Shown one piece after another: positions 1 to 7,753 of a stretch of 64,000 bases of DNA; position 1 is the first letter of the stretch; each line of letters begins with the position of its first letter. The notes under the pieces are model-generated. The model saw nothing but the letters and a program-made list of their open reading frames with translations. It searched no databases and was not told where the DNA came from. Location of the stretch: positions 514,208-578,207 of the forward strand of contig OZ246406.1 of the NCBI GenBank assembly GCA_965231045.1. The letters run 5' to 3'. The translations under genes were made by a program, and so were the position numbers. This DNA is from an uncultured Candidatus Saccharibacteria bacterium. GTDB lineage: Bacteria; Patescibacteriota; Saccharimonadia; Saccharimonadales; JAGQNJ01.

Positions 1-252
1 AAAAAAATAGGTGTAGATATTGAACTAGCCGATCCACATCGCGCATTTGTAAACGGTCCGAGCAAACTCAGGGCTGCAGATGTTGTCTGCCCTAATGGTA
101 TTCGACCAGCCGTCATGTTACTTATAGGCATGCTAGCCGCACCTGGAATATCAATGCTGCGAAATGTTTATACCATCAACCGTGGTTACGAAGACTTAGC
201 CGAGCGCCTGAACTCACTGGGCGCCAAAATCACCGTATTGCACGAACTTTAG
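1..252 (+). CDS. murA: UDP-N-acetylglucosamine 1-carboxyvinyltransferase, C-terminal fragment (5' end lies outside the window)
   Basis: Frame-1 translation ends ...PNGIRPAVMLLIGMLAAPGISMLRNVYTINRGYEDLAERLNSLGAKITVLHEL*. This matches the conserved MurA C-terminus (the ..DRGYE..(E/D)KL..LGA.. pattern). Stop TAG at 250-252. Confidence 0.8.
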   Translation, partial: KKIGVDIELADPHRAFVNGPSKLRAADVVCPNGIRPAVMLLIGMLAAPGISMLRNVYTINRGYEDLAERLNSLGAKITVLHEL

Positions 253-258
253 TAAGTG

Positions 259-753
259 CTAGCCGACTCGTTGAGTAATCTGTACTACTGCGGTAGCATC
301 ATTGACACGTGAATCATTGCAGAAACGAATTGCCGTACCACCAACTTGTACGGTAACTGGATTAAATGAGTTATTTTGAGCTACTTTAATGTTTAGCCCA
401 GCCTCCTTTGCTGGTAGCCGCAAATCAACGCAATTGTTACCATTTTGGCTTTTTGCCAAATCAACTTCTTCAGTTTCATCATAAGGGATAGTTTGACCAT
501 CTTTCATCCCCTCCGTTGGTAATGTATATAAATCACCTTGGAACTGGATTCTTACTGGATCTGGTGCATGGACAAGCGTGCCCATACTACTATCAAAATC
601 ACGTTTCATATGAGCTTGCATTTCATCTAATTCTGCCGGGCTATACTGTTTATCATATCCTGGATGAAATTCGCCGGTCCTGTCTCCACATCCAGTCACC
701 AATGCTCCAAACAATATGCTTCCACCCATAACTAATCCAGTTGCTTTTTTCAT
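259..753 (-). CDS. Putative lipoprotein, function unknown
   Basis: 164-aa ORF. N-terminus MKKATGLVMGGSILFGALVTGCGD has a signal peptide plus a lipobox (LVTG|C). Confidence 0.6.
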   Translation of the reverse strand: MKKATGLVMGGSILFGALVTGCGDRTGEFHPGYDKQYSPAELDEMQAHMKRDFDSSMGTLVHAPDPVRIQFQGDLYTLPTEGMKDGQTIPYDETEEVDLAKSQNGNNCVDLRLPAKEAGLNIKVAQNNSFNPVTVQVGGTAIRFCNDSRVNDATAVVQITQRVG

Positions 754-810
754 AATAACTCCTTAGAACAACAATAGATAAGTTAATTGTTGATTGCAAG
801 CATGTGCGTT

Positions 811-1398
811 TTATTTCTTTGTTCCGCGTTTTGAATTTGGTGGTGTGTATCGTTTTGATTTCTTTGGAGTGGTCTTTTTTCTATTTGGAATAGAGCTAAC
901 ACCCATAACTGTTTTTTGTCGCAGGAGCTGTTTGATACGCGCCTGGACTTCTGGACTTTGCTCATCTACACCAGCAAATTGACGAACTTCTTGGCAACTC
1001 AAACTTCCTTTTACAAAATCTTTGCAAACTTGTGGACGTTGTTCGTAAGCGCTACAATGCTCCCAACCGTCTTCATCTTCTTTAAGATAGCCACATTTGC
1101 CAATCAACATGTAGCGTCCAAACCCTGCGGGCAAAGGTTTATATGGATCCTTAGGATCAAGCAGAAATCTTATAGTTTCTTTAGCAGCGTCAACAATGTA
1201 ATCATAAGGGTACCTGGCTTGTTCACGATATATTGTATCAGGCTCAACCACGGTTTTAAGAATCACTCCAGGTCTACGCATAAATTCTAGTTCTTGACTA
1301 GAAAGATCCATTGTAATTGGACCCCGGCAACAAGCACCACTACAATTATGACAATTTATTTCTACAGGTTCAGAAGCTACTTCAATTGACGAGGGCAC
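811..1398 (-). CDS. YkgJ/UPF0153-type zinc/iron-chelating (CxxCxxCC) domain protein with a lysine-rich C-terminal tail
   Basis: CHNCSGACCRGP motif near the N-terminus, with further Cys residues downstream (CGYL, HCSAYEQRPQVC). GTG start at 1396-1398 preceded by AAGGAT about 9 nt upstream. Basic tail NRKKTTPKKSKRYTPPNSKRGTKK. Confidence 0.7.
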   Translation of the reverse strand: MPSSIEVASEPVEINCHNCSGACCRGPITMDLSSQELEFMRRPGVILKTVVEPDTIYREQARYPYDYIVDAAKETIRFLLDPKDPYKPLPAGFGRYMLIGKCGYLKEDEDGWEHCSAYEQRPQVCKDFVKGSLSCQEVRQFAGVDEQSPEVQARIKQLLRQKTVMGVSSIPNRKKTTPKKSKRYTPPNSKRGTKK

Positions 1399-1546
1399 TT
1401 TTTATATCCTTGGTTATTTGCTTGTAACAGCTTATGCACAGGTGAATTTTTTTGACTTCACTTTTCTTATTTGGTGGGCTAAGCAAAATTGCACCAAATT
1501 CAGTCAATTCATCTCCGCATTTGTCACACTTTGGTTTTATAGCCAT
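1382..1546 (-). CDS. Small 54-aa four-cysteine (zinc-ribbon-like) protein, below the ORF-track size cutoff
   Basis: Hand translation: MAIKPKCDKCGDELTEFGAILLSPPNKKSEVKKIHLCISCYKQITKDIKSALVN*. It carries two CxxC pairs (C7/C10, C37/C40). It overlaps the GTG start of the downstream YkgJ-like gene by 17 nt. No obvious SD. Confidence 0.45.
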   Translation of the reverse strand: MAIKPKCDKCGDELTEFGAILLSPPNKKSEVKKIHLCISCYKQITKDIKSALVN

Positions 1547-1638
1547 AACTTAACTATATCAAAATTGGAACCTGGTCATGTTAAGTAGTCTTTTACCCAT
1601 TTTGTGAGAGGATTCACGAAATAGAAAGGAGATATCAA

Positions 1639-1695
1639 AATGAGCTTGGTGAATTTTTCTGTTACTTGATCGCAGAAAAATTCACCAAGCTCATT
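1639..1695. repeat. Perfect 23-bp inverted repeat (hairpin with 11-nt loop) just downstream of tRNA-His
   Basis: 1639-1661 AATGAGCTTGGTGAATTTTTCTG is the exact reverse complement of 1673-1695 CAGAAAAATTCACCAAGCTCATT. On the minus strand it follows the tRNA-His 3' end and is followed by TTTGATATC. Confidence 0.85.
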
Positions 1696-1709
1696 GTACG
1701 ATATCGACG

Positions 1710-1787
1710 TGGGGCGAGCGATGGGACTTGAACCCACTACCTTCGGAACCACAACCCGACGCTCTAACCAGGTGAGCTACACTCGCC
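1710..1787 (-). tRNA. tRNA-His (anticodon GTG) with genome-encoded G-1 and CCA
   Basis: Reverse complement folds as G(-1) GCGAGTG TA GCTC..GAGC TCGGG TTGTGGT TCCGA AGGTA GTGGG TTCAAGT CCCAT CGCTCGC C CCA. The extra 5' G opposite discriminator C is the His identity feature. Confidence 0.9.
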
Positions 1788-1814
1788 ACAACTGTCTATT
1801 CTTTTTGAGAATAC

Positions 1815-1830
1815 AACAGGGGTGATTATA
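1815..1830 (-). promoter_or_regulatory. Putative tRNA-His promoter: -10 TATAAT followed by NN-CCCCTGTT
   Basis: The minus strand reads TTGTTA-17 nt-TATAAT-CA-CCCCTGTTG about 30 nt upstream of the tRNA 5' end. The same TATAAT/GATAAT-NN-CCCCTGTT arrangement recurs upstream of tRNA-Pro and tRNA-Lys. Confidence 0.4.
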
Positions 1831-1988
1831 CTTTAGATTATCAAAATTAACAACAAATTAATGTTTTAGGAAATCAATGCCAACAATAGCAATCACCACA
1901 GCTCCCATTACTTTCAGGAAATCTTTGGTCAGTTTATTCTTTTTCTCGGGCTGAGGCGCTTTCTCGCTCACACCTTAATTATAGCGAA

Positions 1989-2210
1989 CTATTCCCCACC
2001 TTTTTGAATGTAAGATTTCACAAATTCTTCAGCGTTTTCTTCCAGTACTTCATCAACCTCATCCAAAAGATCATCTAACTGACCTTTTATGGCCTCACCG
2101 ACAGCTTTAACACGATCAGCACGTTGGGCATCTTGCTCGACAATTGCCTGATCCACCATTGCTTCAGTTTCTTGTGGAGATGGTTTTTGTACACGTTCTT
2201 GTCCTGGCAT
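1989..2210 (-). CDS. pup: Prokaryotic ubiquitin-like protein Pup (C-terminal GGE form)
   Basis: 73 aa, acidic and disordered-looking. The C-terminal half QLDDLLDEVDEVLEENAEEFVKSYIQKGGE closely matches the Pup signature (..DDLLDEID.VLE.NAE.FV..YVQKGG[QE]). Strong SD TAAGGAGGACAT directly upstream of the ATG. Confidence 0.85.
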   Translation of the reverse strand: MPGQERVQKPSPQETEAMVDQAIVEQDAQRADRVKAVGEAIKGQLDDLLDEVDEVLEENAEEFVKSYIQKGGE

Positions 2211-2271
2211 ATGTCCTCCTTATTATATGGATGATAATACTCGTCGAGTTTTGGTTTGGATATTGTAAATT

Positions 2272-3549
2272 CTACTTAAACGGATTGGCTAGAGTTGTAT
2301 GTGGTACTATTTCGGCAATGCGCAGTAGTTCATTATATTTTGCCAGTCGCTCACTTCTAGAAAACGAACCGGTCTTGATTTGCCCACTATTTAAGCCAAC
2401 TGCTAGGTGGGCTATTGTATTATCCTCTGTTTCACCTGAACGATGAGAAACAATTGTTCGCCATCCGGCCTTCTGTGCCGTAACTACGGCTTCGATAGTT
2501 TCGCTTAGTGTCCCTATCTGATTTGGTTTTATCAAAATTGCATTACACGCCTTTTGCTCGATCGCTTTGTTCAATAAATGTGTGTTGGTAACCAGTAAGT
2601 CATCGCCAACCAGCTGAATTTTATGGCCTAGTTTTTGGTTAAGTTCCTGCCAGCCTGCCCAATCATCCTCTGCCAAACCATCTTCGATTGAAACTATCGG
2701 GAAGTCAGCACAAAGCTCACTGTACCAATCAATCAACTCACTTGCCGAGTACTTTTTATTTTCAACGGCAAAGTTATAAACTTCCCCATTTTTTAGTTCT
2801 GATGCGGCAACGTCGAGCGCAAAACTAATGTCATCACCAAGCTTATAACCAGCAACTTGTATTGCATCGGAAATTAATTCCAGAGCTTCTTTGGTACCAC
2901 CCTTGAGATTGGGCGCATAACCGCCTTCGTCCCCAACTGTGGTTGCATAACCATGTTTGTCCAATACTTTGTGCAAAGCGTGAAAAGTTTCGCTACACAT
3001 CTGGAGAGCCGTATCAATTGTTTCAGCGCCTTTTGGAATTATCATAAACTCTTGAATGTCCGTTGAGTGCGCGGCATGAGCTCCACCGTTCAATATGTTG
3101 CACATGGGCATGGGTAAAGAAATTTCATCATTGTGACTCAATCCAGCGATGTAGCGAAATAATGGTTGCTGTTTGTGTGCCGCCATGGCTTTGGCTACAG
3201 CCAGTGAAACGCCAAGAACTGCATTCGCGCCAAGGTTACTTTTATTTTCGGTTCCATCTAAGGCTATAAGATGTTTATCAAGCATGGCTTGATTTTCGGC
3301 GGGATAACCAACTAAGGCTGAAGAAATCTGTTTGTTGACATGATCAACAGCTTGTTGCACACCTTTACCTTCAAAATATTTTCCACCGTCGCGCAATTCT
3401 AAGGCTTCTTTGCTACCGGTTGACGCACCTGAGGGAACAGCGGCACGCCCCATACTGCCATCTTCTAAATAAGCATCTACTTCAAGAGTTGGAAAACCTC
3501 GTGAATCATAAATTTGGCGAGCTTTTATTTTTACGATTTTCATAAGCAT
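2272..3549 (-). CDS. eno: Enolase (phosphopyruvate hydratase)
   Basis: 425 aa, full-length match to the enolase pattern (KIKARQIYDSRGFPTLEVD.., ..SHRSGETED..IAHLAVG..GQIKTGS..RSERLAKYN). The start could also be the second ATG at 3543. Confidence 0.97.
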   Translation of the reverse strand: MLMKIVKIKARQIYDSRGFPTLEVDAYLEDGSMGRAAVPSGASTGSKEALELRDGGKYFEGKGVQQAVDHVNKQISSALVGYPAENQAMLDKHLIALDGTENKSNLGANAVLGVSLAVAKAMAAHKQQPLFRYIAGLSHNDEISLPMPMCNILNGGAHAAHSTDIQEFMIIPKGAETIDTALQMCSETFHALHKVLDKHGYATTVGDEGGYAPNLKGGTKEALELISDAIQVAGYKLGDDISFALDVAASELKNGEVYNFAVENKKYSASELIDWYSELCADFPIVSIEDGLAEDDWAGWQELNQKLGHKIQLVGDDLLVTNTHLLNKAIEQKACNAILIKPNQIGTLSETIEAVVTAQKAGWRTIVSHRSGETEDNTIAHLAVGLNSGQIKTGSFSRSERLAKYNELLRIAEIVPHTTLANPFK

Positions 3550-3575
3550 AAGGACTATCCTATAATATCACTTAA

Positions 3576-5238
3576 TATGGCCCAAATTACTTTCTATGAT
3601 GTGAGCCAAATTGATCGTCAGCAACTTGAAGCCTTGCTCAGAGATCACCCTGAGCACAGTACTCGATACGTTGTCGAATCAATTTCGGACCAAAACATTA
3701 ATCCTGACGCAGAGGTTATCAGTGTGTTTGTAACCAGCAGCGTCAACGATGCGCTTATGGCCAAAATGCCAAATCTGAAACTTATCGCCTGTCGCTCGAC
3801 TGGGTTTAATACAATTGATCTTGATGCCGCCAAAGCACGTAATATTAAAGTTGTAAATGTCCCGACTTACGGCGAAAATACAGTTGCTGAATACGCCTTT
3901 ACATTAATTCTAGCCCTGACCCGTAAACTTTTTGATACAAAATCAGCCGTTAATTCTTCAAGAATTGACCCTAGTGAATTAACTGGTATGGACTTGAGTG
4001 GAAAAACCATTGGCATAGTAGGTATGGGACACATCGGAGCTCACATGGCCAAAATCGCCAAGGGTTTTGATATGAACGTTATCGCCTACGATCCAAAACA
4101 AAATATCGAATTAGCGAAAGAGGTTGGGTTTACCTATAAATCGCTCGATGAACTTATACGCAGTAGTGATATAGTTTCGATCCATGTTCCATACATGCCT
4201 GCAACACATCATCTTATTAATGACACCCTGCTTAGGAGTGCGAAACGTGGTCAGGTGTTAATCAACACGGCTCGTGGTGAGATCATCGATACTAAAGCTT
4301 TAGTCCAAGCTTTACAGTCAAAAACAATTGCAGCCGCTGGGCTCGATGTCATTGAGGGCGAAAAACTTTTGAATATTAATGAAGAATTACTATTGCTCAG
4401 ACGCGATAAAATTCCTTTTGAAATGCTAGAGGAAAGCATGGAGATAAACATACTTAAAACCATGTCCAATGTAATAATAACGCCACATAACGCCTACAAC
4501 ACCAGTGAAGCAATTAAACGAATTAACCGTACAACTGTTGATAATATTATTGCTTTTCTTGATGACAAACCAACCAACGAAGTTAAACCTGACGCCAACG
4601 TCACTCCAGGAAAATTGTTTTTAATTCGCCATGGGGAGTCAGAGTGGAATGCACTAGGAAAGTGGACTGGCACAACTGACGTTCACTTAACTGAAAAAGG
4701 GTTCCGTGAAGCTGCAATGTTCGGGCAAAAACTACAGAATGAAAAAATTGATTTCGCTTTCACTTCAGAGCAAATTAGAGCCCTTGAAACACTTGAGGGC
4801 ATTATGGATGCCTCTCAACAATTTGATATACCTTTTGAGCGAACTAGTGCTTTTAACGAAAGAGATTACGGCGATTACACTGGAAAGAACAAATGGGAGA
4901 TGAAAGAAATTTTGGGTGAAGATGCTTTTAATCACCTCCGTCGTGATTGGGACTACCCGGTGCCAGGTGGTGAAACACTAAAGCAAGTCTTTGAACGTGC
5001 TGTACCGTTTTATAAGGACAAAGTAATGCCCTTGATTAACTATGGCAAAAACGTGCTGATAGTATCACACGGCAACTCAATGCGCGCACTCATGAAGTAC
5101 ATCGAGAAGATTGATGATAAGGAAATTTCAAATCTTGAAATGCCGTTTGGTAACATTATTATGTACCAAGTTGATAAGGATGGCTACGCTACCAAAAAAG
5201 CAATTCGCACTATAGACACTACGCCACCCAAAGCCTAA
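3576..5238 (+). CDS. Fusion protein: D-isomer-specific 2-hydroxyacid dehydrogenase (N-terminal) plus 2,3-bisphosphoglycerate-dependent phosphoglycerate mutase-type histidine phosphatase (C-terminal)
   Basis: N-terminal part has the NAD fold GIVGMGHIGAHMA and the catalytic-type NTARGE / DVIEGE / TPHNAY motifs. C-terminal part begins LFLIRHGESEWN and carries SHGNSMRAL. The ORF-track start at 3514 overlaps eno, so the ATG at 3576 (MAQITFYD) is preferred. Confidence 0.85.
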
Positions 5239-5241
5239 ATA

Positions 5242-6153
5242 TTACCAACTCTTAAAGTTACGATACTTGTAGGATTGCGGCTTAATACAAACCGCAACGA
5301 AATCCCCAGCTGAAATATGCAAAATAGGCGGAACGACCGCGTGCTTTCCGGCAATCCTTGGTCTTAAGATGCGATTATAAATTTCTTCTGAAAGTTTTGG
5401 ATCACGTTCAATTTCAGCCGTACCACTAATTTGAAGGGTTTGCATTGTTTGTGTATCGAAAATGGTTAAAGCGATCTGGTGATAGGATAATATGTCCTGT
5501 GCTTTATGAGTCTCGCTTTTGGTGACGAAAAATATTTCATCATCACTACCAAGAACATAGTAAACTACTGCTCCGTGAACGTTGCCCTTCCCGTCTACTG
5601 TCGAAACCACGCCAATATCATGTGAGGTCAGAAATATCTTGGCTTCTTGATTTAGGTTTGTAACTGGTATAGTCAGATCTTGTTCTTTTTTTATTGGTAA
5701 TTTATCGACTTTATTTTCATGATTGCGTTCAAGCTGAATGTTCTCAACAAAATGTACGAAATGATTAGCTGTTCTCACGCTTACATATCGAAGCGTAAAG
5801 TCTCCTAGTTTGGTATGCACTGTTACGGCCGCATAGTCACCTTGCTTATTGTAGCTAACTCCACTTAGGACAAAATAAGAGATTTCTTCCGTTTTCTTAA
5901 AAAATAACTTATGGTCAAGATATAGTAGTCGCATATCTGTTGCCACAAGCATGGCGCCAGTACCTTCCGCCCTACCATAAATAGCGGCACCAATATGCTC
6001 ATCCTCATGAATAATACTTGGTAAATGTCGGGTTTCTGTTTTCAGCAATCCATATTTATTCATACCGACTGCTTCAAGCTCTTTTCTAATACGGGCGCTG
6101 TGATTTTCGTCAAACTTTATTTGATTCATTAACTTAATAATACCAGAGATCAC
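5242..6153 (-). CDS. Two-domain protein: bacterial PH (YokE-like) domain plus pyridoxamine 5'-phosphate oxidase-like FMN-binding split barrel
   Basis: The N-terminal half resembles bacterial PH-domain proteins (..GRAEGTGAMLVATDMRLLYLD..). The C-terminal half (GVVSTVDGKGNVHGAVVYYVLGSDDEIFFVTKSETHKAQDI) resembles the PNPOx-like fold. Assigned from motif memory only. Confidence 0.55.
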   Translation of the reverse strand: MISGIIKLMNQIKFDENHSARIRKELEAVGMNKYGLLKTETRHLPSIIHEDEHIGAAIYGRAEGTGAMLVATDMRLLYLDHKLFFKKTEEISYFVLSGVSYNKQGDYAAVTVHTKLGDFTLRYVSVRTANHFVHFVENIQLERNHENKVDKLPIKKEQDLTIPVTNLNQEAKIFLTSHDIGVVSTVDGKGNVHGAVVYYVLGSDDEIFFVTKSETHKAQDILSYHQIALTIFDTQTMQTLQISGTAEIERDPKLSEEIYNRILRPRIAGKHAVVPPILHISAGDFVAVCIKPQSYKYRNFKSW

Positions 6154-6446
6154 TCATCAATGGTGCCGTGAATTACAGCATGCCAAACCGTGGGAAATAT
6201 TTGCCTATAGGACTTGTGTTTCATAATTGCAGCGACCTGTTTACCAACAAGCGCCAGACCAATAAGACCAACAATTGTCTGCACAATTAATATGCCAATA
6301 AGTAATCTTGATTGTCCTTGCGGGCTATTGATTGAAAAAATAACAGCAAAGAATGGTTGAAGTAGCCAGAAAGGAATCCACCACACTAACAGTAATACAA
6401 TGCCGATTCTTAGTCGCTTAGAAGATACTGTTACGCTCTGGGCCAT
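6150..6446 (-). CDS. Small integral membrane protein, unknown function
   Basis: 98 aa with 3 predicted hydrophobic helices. 4-nt overlap (ATGA type) with the downstream gene. Confidence 0.5.
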   Translation of the reverse strand: MAQSVTVSSKRLRIGIVLLLVWWIPFWLLQPFFAVIFSINSPQGQSRLLIGILIVQTIVGLIGLALVGKQVAAIMKHKSYRQIFPTVWHAVIHGTIDE

Positions 6447-6582
6447 AATAAGATGTTACCTTATTTTATGAACTTGTAACACCTAATACTAAAAAGCATG
6501 AGTACTATGGATGTTAGATAGATAATGTTGTATTATTTAAGTAGTACTCCCAAGAGAGAGACACAAATGAGGATAAAAATAA

Positions 6583-7593
6583 ATGAGTCGGGTTGTAACT
6601 TACGAGGTGCCATTTCTTGGCGGCGATCTTAAGCCTGCCAAAAGACATCATCAGTTAGATAAACATAGTCGAATATTTAGTTATGTTCTAGCTATTTTGG
6701 CATTTATTCTGATCTTGTTATGCGCTGGGGCTGTAGTGTATACACGAGCTTACCATTCTGTAGCTCCAATCAACCAAGAGGCCGTTACCAAATCTACAAG
6801 TACACTTGTTAGCAATAGTAGTTTTGCAGATACAATTCAAAAAATCGAAAACCAAAACGTTACATTAGTGATAGGCGGGAGCAATGTTGTGGTGCCAAAA
6901 CAAGATATTCAAAAGTGGATTATAACCACTCCGGCAGAGGATAGTAACCAAAAGATTACTATAAATACGCCTGGGCTACAAAATTACTTTGATCAACTTT
7001 CCCGCAGATACTTAATAAAACCTTCCGACCAAATTGTAGTTGTATATTCTAATGGCGATACAGAAGTTATGGTTCCAGGTAGTAATGGTTTTGTACTAGG
7101 CGATACTACAGCGGCGCAGTCTCAAATTGAAGCCCAGCTAGCTTTAGGCCAAGGAATGAATATAGAACTGCCTGGTTCAACCGTACCATTCAAAACATCA
7201 ACTACTGCCCAGGCAGCAAAATACATCGAAGTTGATATTACAAAAAAACGGCTTTATGCTTATGAAAATAACATCTTAGTTAAGACATTCCTTGTTACGG
7301 CCGGCGCAAATGCAACACCTACCCCAACTGGTACATATTCAATTTGGCAGAAGTTATTATCACAAGATATGCGAGGGTTAAATGCTGATGGTAGTGAGTA
7401 CTATCAACCTAGCGTTTCGTGGGTTAGTTACTTTGATCACCGAGGTGATGCAATTCATGGAAACTACTGGCGTCCAGCTAGCGTATTTGGTAACGTCAAC
7501 ACATCACATGGATGTGTTGGCCTAACAAATGCCGATGCTAAGTGGATATACAATTGGGCTCCTATTGGAACCAGGGTTACTATTCACCGCTAA
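6583..7593 (+). CDS. L,D-transpeptidase (YkuD domain) with N-terminal membrane anchor
   Basis: C-terminal domain has HGNYW...SHGCVGL, the catalytic His/Cys signature. An N-terminal TM helix is present (IFSYVLAILAFILILLCAGAVVY). Confidence 0.85.
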   Translation: MSRVVTYEVPFLGGDLKPAKRHHQLDKHSRIFSYVLAILAFILILLCAGAVVYTRAYHSVAPINQEAVTKSTSTLVSNSSFADTIQKIENQNVTLVIGGSNVVVPKQDIQKWIITTPAEDSNQKITINTPGLQNYFDQLSRRYLIKPSDQIVVVYSNGDTEVMVPGSNGFVLGDTTAAQSQIEAQLALGQGMNIELPGSTVPFKTSTTAQAAKYIEVDITKKRLYAYENNILVKTFLVTAGANATPTPTGTYSIWQKLLSQDMRGLNADGSEYYQPSVSWVSYFDHRGDAIHGNYWRPASVFGNVNTSHGCVGLTNADAKWIYNWAPIGTRVTIHR

Positions 7594-7644
7594 TGGAACT
7601 CTGAGCAGGATAATCGCACTTTAGTTATAACCTAGCCCCATTAA

Positions 7645-7672
7645 CAATGAGCCAAGGGGATTTGGCTCATTG
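7645..7672 (+). terminator. Stem-loop after the L,D-transpeptidase gene (no clear T-tract)
   Basis: CAATGAGCCAA-ggggat-TTGGCTCATTG, an 11-bp perfect stem about 50 nt after the stop codon. Confidence 0.35.
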
Positions 7673-7680
7673 CAAGGAGC

Positions 7681-7736
7681 AAAACTAAAGACCTCGCCCG
7701 ATTTTGGCAACCAGGTGGCCAAAATTGATGCGAGGT
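7681..7736 (-). terminator. Long hairpin plus T-rich tract downstream (minus orientation) of tRNA-linked element A
   Basis: The minus strand reads ACCTCGC..TTTTGGC-loop-GCCAAAA..GCGAGGT followed by CTTTAGTTTTGC. Confidence 0.45.
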
Positions 7737-7753
7737 TGTAATTATTTGCGACG

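Noticed and set aside
1640-1669. 9-codon mini-ORF (MSLVNFSVT) with a good SD inside the 23-bp inverted repeat.
   Set aside because: It is too short to support as a gene, and the SD/ATG may be fortuitous within the palindrome. It is kept only as a note within the hairpin finding.
1858-1971. 37-aa GTG-initiated ORF (VSEKAPQPEKKNKLTKDFLKVMGAVVIAIVGIDFLKH) just downstream of pup, with one hydrophobic helix.
   Set aside because: The only SD-like sequence (TAAGGT) abuts the GTG with no spacing, and the ORF is very short. It cannot be distinguished from chance without comparative data.
3514-3575. N-terminal extension of the dehydrogenase-mutase ORF (MASFYFYDFHKHKDYPIISLN..) given by the ORF track.
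   Set aside because: It overlaps the enolase start on the opposite strand and adds residues not seen in this dehydrogenase family. The ATG at 3576 gives a typical family N-terminus.
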